Source: Fimbriosthenelais zetlandica (Eukaryota). From it: DNA of 64,000 nucleotides. The DNA is taken from the NCBI GenBank assembly GCA_977030845.1, contig OZ365112.1, positions 21,948,001 through 22,012,000 of the forward strand, written 5' to 3'. Positions 54,055 to 64,000 of the stretch are shown in pieces. The notes under the pieces are model-generated. The model made no database searches, was not told where the DNA came from, and saw only the letters and a list, made by a program, of their open reading frames with translations. Each line of letters starts with the position of its first letter. Positions within the stretch are counted from its first letter, which is position 1. The translations under genes and the position numbers were made by a program.

Positions 54055-54220
54055 TACTTAGCTTTTTTCGAGATGCAGTATCCAGGCCATCCTCCTCCTG
54101 CCCGTCCATCTCGTCTCCGCCTCTCACTTCATCTATGGGTCAGTGCAGTTAGCTGGTCTGTGACATTCTTTCATTTCTATAACAATCGCCAAATCTGCAA
54201 TAAAGCAATCCCCAGACAGA
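54055..54220. repeat. Direct repeat R1 (about 170 bp; partner R2 at about 56296-56474)
   Basis: Shared blocks ACTTAGCTTTTTTC, GCCATCCTC, TGCCCGTCCATCTCGTCTCCGCC, GTGCAG-AGCTGGTCTGTG, AATCTGCAA. Roughly 75-80% identity by eye, with one ~14-nt indel. Confidence 0.9.
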
Positions 54221-54534
54221 TAACTGTAAAAGGGGTGAATTAGAGTAGAGGTTTTGGGTGACAGGAAGGGGAGATTGGAGAGTTAGGGACGAAGGTGTGG
54301 GAGGGAGGGAACGGCGGGAAGGCATTGGAAAACATGGGTATGGAAGTTGGCAAGAATTGTAAGTCATGAATACCTAGTGGGTATCACAAAAAAACATGGT
54401 ATATTAATTGGATACTTCCCAGGGATCATTGCCTGGTGATTCTTGCAGTGATTCTTGCACATGAAGCTTGTCTACAAGACTATCTGCAAGTGCATCAATT
54501 GCTACCCAAAAATGATATGTTGCCATAAATGACC

Positions 54535-56220
54535 ACCTTTTCACAACCTGCTACTAATCACTAAAATAACAACACAAAGCCCTGCCTCACATCTGACTCA
54601 TCCTCAATCCTGCAAACAATGTTTATTTGTCCAACCTAAAATAATCTAATCTAATAGTTAAGTCAGATGTGTATTACCCGGGTAATTCTCAGATAAGGTG
54701 ATAGTAGCGTCGGCCATCTTGGAGTGCTCAGCTCCGTGATGACCTTAGCGTTGAAGTTGGATGACTTGCGCTGAACTTGGTGATGATGTTCTCGTCAGAT
54801 ACTTACCTAGGATACTTACCACATAGGTAGAAAGATGACGTGAACCCTGTAGAGAGACTTGAAACCCGTCCAACAACTGATAATCACCCTAATCTACTTA
54901 AAAACTACTTTTCTAACTCACTATTAGAACGTGTGGTGACCAATTCCATCATTATAGTACATGTATAGCATAGTCTTTGAATACCAATTTTAGATTATCA
55001 TTTTCTAAACTATCAAGGCACTAACTAATTACGTTAAACTTTTATATCCAATAATGCATTGTATGGGTTGTAGAATGAGCTCTTTTATGACTGTTTCCAC
55101 ACTTTATGTTGCTAAATCGCTTTTTAATTATTTAAAATTTCCACTAATTTTCTACTACTTTCAGACAATCTGCTACTATAATTCATTCAGACTACAGTTC
55201 GACACAGGACATAGAATGACATTATAGATAGACTAAAAGGCCCCTTGGTAGAAATAGAAACAACACAAATCCCTGCCTCACATCTGACTTATCCTAAAAC
55301 ATTTATAAATATTTTTATTTTTTCTAACCTAACCTACTAGTTAAGTCAGATGTGTACTAATTCCATGAAACGTTGATTGTAGCTGTGGCCGTCTTGGTGG
55401 GCTGACCTTAGCGTTGGTGATGTCCTTCTCGTTGGATACTTACCTACATGTAGACATAACATACTTACCCTGTACAAAGATAACTTGAACCTTGTGACTT
55501 GAAGACCGTCCAACATCTGACAATCATCCCAAACCTATTTCAACATTAGGCCCGGGCCTGTTGTGACTAGTCTTAAGTCTATCATTAAGTTGCTTAGAGC
55601 ACAATATTCAATACCCTTTGTGGATTATATGTATAATATGTATTATACTTAATGATGCTAATCACTTTTTTAAAAGTTTATATTATTTTATCTATAAATC
55701 CTACTCCTCTAGATTATATATATGTACATGTATACATTTACAGTCCAAAACCTCATGAAATTGAAACATTATACTTGTAACAGTCACCAATATTTTGCAA
55801 CCGGAACTACAACTTTCAGAACTGCTATACCTTTGTATATTTCAACTCGATATTAAAATTGAAAGAACAACACAAAGCCCTGCCTCACATCTGACTTATC
55901 CTAAATCCGTAAAACATTTGTAAACATTTTTTATTTTTCCTATCATAACCTATCCTAAGAGTAAAGTCAGATGTGTACTAATTCTAGGATAATGTGATGG
56001 TAGCGGGGGCTGTCTCGGAGTGCTGACCTACGCGATGACCTTGCTTAGCGTAGTCCTAAGGACTTGTGCTGACCTTGGTAATAACCTTCATGTTGGATAC
56101 TTACCTATACATGTAGACCTAGAGAACTTAGCCTGTAGAAAGATGACTTGAACCCTGTGGAAACTTGACTTGAAGCCTCTCCAACATCTGACAATCGTCC
56201 TAAACTACTTCAAACCTATT
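54535..56220. repeat. Old tandem triplication of a ~600-690-bp unit with conserved internal inverted repeat
   Basis: Anchor AACAACACAAA(G/T)CCCTGCCTCACATCTGACT at 54568, 55259 and 55866 (periods 691 and 607). Inverted partner AGTCAGATGTG in every copy, GATACTTACCTA in every copy, and a closing motif CCAACA(A/T)CTGA(T/C)AATC. AT-rich spacers are more diverged but still alignable. Confidence 0.93.
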
Positions 56221-56295
56221 TTCTCTAACATCAATTGATATTAAACCCTAAATAATACTTTCGCAGAAGTATTTTACCAGCAATAGCAAATAACC

Positions 56296-56474
56296 ACTTA
56301 GCTTTTTTCTAGGAGTGGCTTCCATGCCATCCTCTCCTTGCCCGTCCATCTCGTCTCCGCCCTCTTTGTAGCCCTCTCACTCCACCTATTGGTTTGTGCA
56401 GTCAGCTGGTCTGTGTCATTCTCTCTTGTCTATAGCAACCACCCAATCTGCAACAAGGCAATTCCTAGTCAGGC
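56296..56474. repeat. Direct repeat R2
   Basis: Second copy of the 54055-54220 segment, about 75 bp after the end of the triplication. Confidence 0.9.
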
Positions 56475-56928
56475 ACAAAACATTCATGGCAATATATAAT
56501 ACATTTTCCAGGAAAATATCTTAATGAAATACAGAAAAAGTTCACAGTATTATGGGGAAATGCATAGTGCGCCCATCCCCGTACCACCCCCCAAATGAAA
56601 GCCATGGCAGTGTTGGCTAATCATCGATATCATAGACCTCGCATCTATATCTACATTCAAGTTTCAATGACCCAGTTTCCTGACTGACCATATCGGTATA
56701 AATCAACCATTCATCGATTAACATACCTTAGAATATTCTTCCTAAACCCTGAGCCTCAATATGATAAACGGCTGATAAACGGTGGATGTCCCCCTCGCCT
56801 TAATTCGGGCTTCATGTCTTCTGCCTAGTTCCGCCTTATGATACTTTCCTTATGCTATGGCCACAAACTGCTCCAAACACACTTTCTCGTTTATAAATTC
56901 TCCCTAGCCATGACTACAGACTGACTAG

Positions 56929-56936
56929 TGACGTCA
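56929..56936. promoter_or_regulatory. Consensus CRE palindrome (TGACGTCA) in a CpG-richer patch upstream of the GPCR
   Basis: Exact 8-mer, with GCCGCCATG and GGCGGG nearby. Function not shown. Confidence 0.2.
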
Positions 56937-59779
56937 GAGTGGCGGGAAGACGTTGGTCACCTGATGTCTGAGACTGAATGTAGGTCGACCTAGCCGCCAT
57001 GCACTGTCTGAAATGCAGTTGCTGCTTGTAGGCTACATAGACTTGCATAAGCTGACTTTGATTCCCATATCTTGGTTTACAGATTAATCAATAAAATGAA
57101 ATAAAGTTAGATAACCTTTCCAAATTTTGCAATCGGATTTTAGAAATCAAGTGAAGTAAAGGATGGATCCGGATGGAGAATCGGAGTAGTGTGTTCCAGG
57201 CTTCAGTCATGCAATAATTAGGAATTTAGGATACTTGTGATATCAAGACTAGACTAGGGCTAGTCTAGTGTTTTCTGGAAAGTAGCTATTCTGGGATGTG
57301 TGTGCCCCGCCGACTGGCCTAGTTGGAGAGAGGTCCAGACACAACCACGACGTCAAATCTTCGTGTCGTTTAAAGATCGATCCAGGTCATCACCCAAATA
57401 TCGATTTTCAAGACATTGTGGAAATGAGTTACTTTTCCAAGTAGAAAAAATGAACAGTTCATTTTATAAACTATTAAGCAGTTGAATAACTAGGGTCGGC
57501 CTTTATAAAACCAGAAAAAATGAACATAAATAGGATTTTGACGTATAAGTTCTGGATGGCCTATATATCCTGCAACGACCTATAATTTCGATGGAGTTGT
57601 TTTTGATCTAGATGTTCTTGACCTAGTCTAGACAACTTCCTGTTTCCATATTAACTGACAAATAATAAATCCAACCAGCAATTTGATTGCCTTTACAATT
57701 CTATAGTAGGATTTCGATTTTTTGGCCGCCATATTGGAGTTTAAGATGGTCCCCACATGAAATCTTAAAGTTGGAATTTTGGAACTAGTTAGGATAGAAT
57801 CATGATTTCAAATTATAATATTATGTTTATGGATCCAATGATTCAAATGGAATGCATTATTTTTTGGCAGTGGCAGGAATTATTAGCATATCTTGTGTTC
57901 TTTGCACAATATGCATTCTATGCATGGGAAAATGCCAGAAAGGGGCTCGTAAGGTCTTGAGGGGCAACCTTACAGGGCTTATTTGTAGAGGCGAGTCATG
58001 ACAACGCGGCATTAGCTTATACTAGTGTCCTTATGTATCACTGACTGAGCAAGACTTGTTAGTTTGTTTCACGAGGACAATCACATTGGCCCAAACTTGC
58101 TTTTACTGAATACTGTGCCGGTGCGGAAGGGCAATATTTGTCTTGATTCACCTGTCTCTCTCTGAAATGAGCTAGATTGAGCATTTTATGTACAATATGC
58201 CATCATTCGTGTTCACCGATAAATGTGCCCTTTCAGCAGACATTTACCCTCTGGCTCTCACCTTTTTCTGGCCTTTGTTATCTCTGGAGATACTAACTCA
58301 TTTTTATGGCACTGCAGGTTCACCTCATCCCATGTAGTATAATAACAGTTTTTGAGTCTTCGCAATTCTGAAGGTCACTATTTGTGATTCTCATTTAGGC
58401 CTACTGTATTAATAAACTGAGACGCCTACATGGACTGGTTACAAATTATATGGTATCATCCATGAAGAATGACAATTTGCTGCTCAGCTTTGTTTTCCAC
58501 ACCCTTTCTTAGTTCGATTTCTGGACTACTGATAAAGATTATTTCTGCTGACAATTTGATGTCGTATATAGTAAAACTAACATGAGACAATTTGGTGATT
58601 CGTCTGTGCCTTGCATCATGAGTTTTCTGCACGGACTCGCTGCAGCTATACAACAAGGAGATTAAGATACATGAATATGACATTTCCAAGGCTTCGCTCA
58701 TGTCTTTTATTGTTATGTATACATTTACCTATATATATATATACCTGCCATGTACACTGAAGTGGGTTGTCTCTTCGCCAGTCTTTCCTTTCGGATTCCC
58801 ATTTCCTTGGTTGCTATAGGCTTTCGCCAGGTATTGTCCCCCTCTGACAGGAAGTGGCATCCAATGACAGAGTCAGGTTTCTAGCTAGTTATCTTATCAA
58901 AGGGATTTTGTGTGGAGGCACTTGTCCTTTCCATATGTGCATATGAACAAAGAAACCTTTTGAAACAGGTTTTTGTCTTTCTTTAGACACTTATATATTT
59001 CGTCATATATACAAAGGATGCACATCTTTCAAGAGGCAAATTTGCTGTACATTTTCCTGTTTAATATGCTTTCATTTTTATCTTTTTGAACATAATAACA
59101 TTTTGAAATGAAAACCATTTTGAGCTACCGTAATTAAAGGTTGCATTTCCTACACCGCCTGATCAATATATAATTGTTAGAGAAAGGAACGCTTTTCAGA
59201 TCAAAGCAGGTGTTCTTATGTTGAAGCCTTTGTGTTGATTTGTTGGCCTGCAAAGTGAATCGACTTCACTTGATTACTCCAACGCATATATACCCTGCGA
59301 TTGATGAGACAATCCATACGTTTACTTTAATCGATTCCCACAGATATCTATATAGACAAGATGAATTACTTCTCAGTTTCTCTTTCATCGCAAGATACTT
59401 GGACTAAGACTAGGGTATTAAATCAATGAGATGTGTCCTTCACAGTGTCTTTTTTATTTGGAGTAATTTATTTTAAGAAACCGTCTTTCCATGAGGGTTT
59501 TAATCACGCAGAGGGAGAAATTATATGCCCACTCCATTGATGCCATGATCAATAGTTACTTCAGAGACAGGAAAGGAGGTGTGGGTGGCACGAACGAATG
59601 CAAAACTAATGAAGTATTGTGGCACGAGAAATATTGTGTACATTAAGTTAATTATGCCTGCATGGCATATATAATATACGTTCCATAAAGGAGTATATCT
59701 AATAAAATATTAAGTAAGTAAGAGCAAGAGCGTTAGAAGCATTTTCTGTCCTAGATCGAGAGTGAGGCAGAGAGAGAAA

Positions 59780-60430
59780 TGGAGAGCCAGCAGAGAAATG
59801 ACTATTGACAGAGTCCCCTTCTTGGATCATCTCTCTAGCTAGATGTGACCACCAAGTAGGGGCCGGTAAATATATTCCCTGCCAGTGATTGCTCCTTATC
59901 CGATGGTATCTGTACTATGAGAAGGCATAGAGGACTCCTGCAGTACCAATGACGTGCAGCAAACACTAAACCTCCCCACTTGAACGGTTCCTTTTTCTCG
60001 GGGATGTTTCATTAAAAACTTGAGATGTTAGCCACAGGCGGGACTACCATTTTTCAATTTAAAGCTATTGCTTCTCCATTACTCCATCTCTCTACTCCAT
60101 AGTTCTCAGTATAAGAATTTCATGAACATTCCCTTTATAGATTCGTAGGCCTATATAATATGCACCATTCAGTGTTTCCCACGGTTCTTTTTGTTATTTT
60201 TTAAGGAATGGGTTCAAGAAAGGGATCATATTCTAGGGGTCATCCAAAGCAGGTAAAGGATCATAAGATCCCATGATAATTATCATGATCCACCTACTTC
60301 TATTATACATGTACTCGTGTCTTTATTGATCAGGTCCAGCTTTGCCTGGTTCTTTATTGTTTTGAATATGATTTATTCCTCTTTTATAGAAGAGGATCAA
60401 TACGTGTACATTTCTAGATTCCATAGGTCT
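59780..60430 (-). mobile_element. LINE reverse transcriptase N-terminal relic
   Basis: SIKEE...KTIKN, GKAGPDQ (60346-60326, similar to KAPGPDGI), PIP*K (60212 on), CILYRPTNL (YRPTNL at 60155-60138, similar to NYRPISL), EKQ and QEGDS, all collinear on minus. Confidence 0.6.
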
Positions 60431-63400
60431 CTCTCTACCTTTCACGAATTATTGATCCAGTGAGAATTCATAATCAACGTTTCTAGTCTCTCATTCATTT
60501 GAAATATAGTTGATTTGCATGATTCATCTGCGCAAAAAAGCAATCAGAAAAAACCCCAGTGAGATCTAAATCTTATACTACTTATATTGCCTCAGGGGTT
60601 AAGGATATTGGATCATTTGAACCCAATATAAAGACTGCCTTTGTCTGTTCCCTTCTCTCAGCAAGGATATAGGTGAGTGTTGTACAGAGTAAATCACCTC
60701 ATTTTGGGTACACAGTGAGTGTTAAATGTTCTCCTTCTACTTCCTTTGTCGCACCCAACAGTGATACATCAAAGTTTAGTAGGCATTAGGGATCTAAATA
60801 CTTGTATAAAACCATGTAAATCACTTTTGGAATGCTGAAAGAGTTTGTCTGCTATAGGTTTGAAGGAAGGGAGGAGGTGTGGCGAGTTCTCACAAAAGGT
60901 GCAAATCCAGATAACAACATGGAGGTGAAGCTTAAAAATTATGGATGGGTCTGACACTTTTTTCTTCCCACTGGAATTCTTCTGCCTTAATCCAATGTAA
61001 ATGACGCTCGTCCTGTTCAGTAGTGTTTGTCTAAGCTTCACTTACAGGTGGACAGGCAAGCTCAAAGGAAAGGAGCAAGTACTCAGGAAGGGAGGGTAAT
61101 GTCCCGAAGGCAAAACGAGGCGGTGGAGTAATATATTATATTTATTTCTCTGTTGTTCCGCCATTGGCGCGTTTGAATAAAACAAATCAATGGCCTCAAA
61201 ATATATATGTGATCAGTCTTTTTTTAATCATCTGTTGCAGGCCAATATGTGACGCCACACATGACGTAACATGTATTATATAATATTCTTGCATGTAAGG
61301 TCATGACTTTAAATTAATATAGCTGGCAGCAATTGCTGGCGTTGGGAGAATTCCACTTATTATGTATGACTTATTAACGACCGGTGTGATGTCGTGTGAA
61401 CTTTGTATATACGTTTGATTGCAGGACGATTTCTGATCCTACCTTTAAGTTGTGCATGCGAGTAGTGAGAATCAGATCTATTGATGAGGCTTAGACAAAT
61501 TAAAGCCGTCTCACCTCACGTAATCTGACAATAGTAACTGTAAGAAAGAAGCCCCATTATGTAATTTAGTCCCTTATTATGGGAGAGAAAAATTGCTGGT
61601 TTTTGCACAAGTGACAGGAGTGACCAAAGACAAAAGACAGTATAGATCTTCATGTCCATTCCTGAGTACTGATTCCTAATACCCATGCTGATTAAATTAC
61701 TTGAAAAAAGTTATTACGTCTTTTCCCAGCAAAATTGGAACGTGGGGGTGTACTGTTACGCAAGAAACATGCTGTCACTGTTCATATTTTCTTTCAAAGA
61801 ATTTTAAGGGGTCTTAGAAAAAGCTTTTGGCCCTTGCTGTCAATGTTTGATGAAACATGAGTTCAAGGTCCACTGAAGAAGCAAACATCCAGGGAAGCGC
61901 ATGCATTGTTTGTCAAAACAGATTCTCATACTTTTAAACGAAAGAAAATGTTGGGCGAACTTAGAAGCTCAAAGAAGTCTCGGTGCTTAAATTAAAAGAA
62001 AACATAAAAGAAAACATGTCACAATAGAAGAAATAGTATGTTCTAATAAATTGAGGTGACTCCTCTGTGATTCCTTTGCCTTGTCAATGCTACCCATGAA
62101 TGCCAAACTCATGAATACCAAAGGAGTCCGCTCCCAGTTACCCAATACATGTATGCCTAAATCGGGCAGTTCTGAAGGATTGCTTTGGATCTTAGATCCT
62201 TCTATCCTAATTTTCTATATCCACCACATGTACAAGAGGGATCAAATTCGAAGCACGTATGTCACAAAGATTTTCCCTGGGCCTGAGATGTTGAGATGAA
62301 TAACAAATGCCCTACTTCAATTAAGTCCCTTGAAATTGTGAATTCAGTTTTACCACTTCTGGGCAGGCATGTCTTTCAAGTAGTGAACAAAATGTGCACA
62401 TCTTTTAGACACTCATTACTGTGGGTTTTCAAGTATGTAAACTGCTGAGCAGGAAGGATGTACAATTGCCCTTGGTATACACCTTGATGCTCGGACTTTG
62501 GTCTTGGAAGCTCAATGACCTTGTCCCCTATGCCAGAGATAGCTGAGGTTAAATCGGAGCCCTGACATACAGCCCATAATATTCCTGACGGTAATTGAAT
62601 TGAGGATGAGAATTTATGTATGTTCTGCCGGCACAAAGTCAGTTGTGTAACATGGGATGACGATAATGACACTTATATTAAGTGTAATAGATGAAGTTTG
62701 GTCAGTCATTACATATATGGGTCTATATGTGGGACTCTATAGAGACCAAATAGAAGCCACCCATAATGCTAATGGTGGTCAGGATGTCGGCTACATATCA
62801 TGGCTCTGCTCTCATAGCAACGCTTTGACTACTGGATCGAGGCTTTCGCATTCCATCAGGGGATGGTTGACAGGCTATCATCATGCAGTTCATGAGACCC
62901 AAGGGAGTTAAGGTTCATGGCATTTGTCCTGATTGCTGCATCCTGTTGTATAAATAAAACACTACATTATAAGTCTTTTGAAAACTGATAGCCGCTGTGA
63001 TTTCCTGTAGTTCGATGACCACAAATTTTAAAGCTGGGTTATGCTCCCTGGTCACAGTTAAAACTTCAAAAGAGGCTTGTGTCCTCTTGTCACAAATCGT
63101 CCCTTATTTTGCCCTTCTGTACATGAATATATACTCAGATATACAGCAATGAAATCTATTGCCTCGCCACAACAATAAATTTAATCAAATTGACTAAGCC
63201 CTTTCTCGTATATATGTTCACGTTTAGACAACATGTATTTGATTTCCGACGGGTTCCATTCGATATTTCACATTAAGGCAAGATCCATAGATTACATTGT
63301 CTACTTTTCCTTGGGATTATTGTCATATTTATATATGAGCATTTCCATCATTTTGTCAACATTTCATTATAATGAAGGTCAAGCTATATTTGTCTGAATT

Positions 63401-63699
63401 ATTAGTCATATACATTTTTCACCCCCTATAGTAGCTTTTTTAGGTCATTTTAGGCCATGGGTACCCCAGTTTCATGCATGTAGAAAGAAAAAATTGGATG
63501 AAAATCCAAAGAAAACGGGGTTTTATGCCTAAAAATATTAATAAAAACCCTTTCTCTGGGATTCACAAACCAAAAATGGAAACAAATATGTAACATTTCA
63601 TTATGTTTTACATTTATAATTAACTATCATAGATTTAAGAGAAATACTATAGGGGAAATTCTACTCTGAATCCATTTAGATGAACACTGGGAGGCAAAA

Positions 63700-63916
63700 T
63701 GCCTTGGGGCAGGTTTATGTCACCGTAAGGTAACGCTCAGGTTCTATGGGCATTAACAAATTGTATAAAGCTAAAGTAGCAAGAAATTACATTCTATAAT
63801 GATAGTTACCAAGCCAACACATCTACTGGAATGGAATATATGGGTGAGGATCTTCTTAATTTTTAGTTAGACATCATTATAGTGCCTTGGGGCAGTTTTG
63901 TCCCCGTAAGGTAACG
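63700..63916. repeat. Pair of ~35-bp direct repeats, 183 bp apart
   Basis: TGCCTTGGGGCAGGTTTATGTCACCGTAAGGTAACG (63700-63735) versus TGCCTTGGGGCAGTTTTGTCCCCGTAAGGTAACG (63883-63916). Confidence 0.9.
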
Positions 63917-64000
63917 GAGATGTTTATGCCCAGTATATGACCTTCCCATTGATTCATTTAAACTATTTTATATGAGCACTAAGCATGTCCCAGGACTAAT

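Noticed and set aside
54797-56135. U1 snRNA variant or spliced-leader RNA interpretation of the cassettes (ATACTTACCT; CTCGGAGTGCTGACC resembles part of U1 stem-loop II)
   Set aside because: The U1-like pieces are in the wrong order, the U1 body does not follow the decamer, and there is no Sm site (RAU4-6GR) downstream on either strand.
1-64000. CRISPR arrays, rRNA, tRNA and the remaining short ORFs in the track
   Set aside because: No regularly spaced repeat-spacer array and no rRNA or cloverleaf sequence seen. ORFs of 60-130 aa without motifs are expected by chance in six frames of eukaryotic non-coding DNA.

Overview
AT-rich animal genomic DNA, probably invertebrate (lophotrochozoan-like is only a weak inference). 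The only well-supported gene is a class A neuropeptide GPCR of the SIFamide/NPFF-receptor type on the minus strand. Coding exon A (47564-47252; N-terminus, TM1, TM2) splices in frame to exon B (613-514; ECL1, TM3, up to the E-R of the DRY motif) across a 46,638-bp intron that must use a non-canonical GC donor (CAG|GCAAGT). The rest of the gene lies beyond the left edge. The intron and upstream region are full of old, frameshifted transposon relics recognised by eye from collinear motifs (LINE RT and APE, Penelope RT, Gypsy integrase, several Merlin/IS1595-like and one ISL2EU-like transposase). None has an intact ORF, and all need confirmation by a frameshift-aware search. The most unusual structure is 7-8.7 kb upstream of the coding start: an old ~650-bp triplication (about 54535-56220). 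Its inverted-repeat arms and GGTAAGTAT donor motifs are conserved while loops and spacers diverge, and it is bracketed by a pair of ~170-bp direct repeats. I found no tRNA, rRNA, CRISPR array or convincing ribozyme. Most ORFs in the supplied track look like chance or TE-derived frames.
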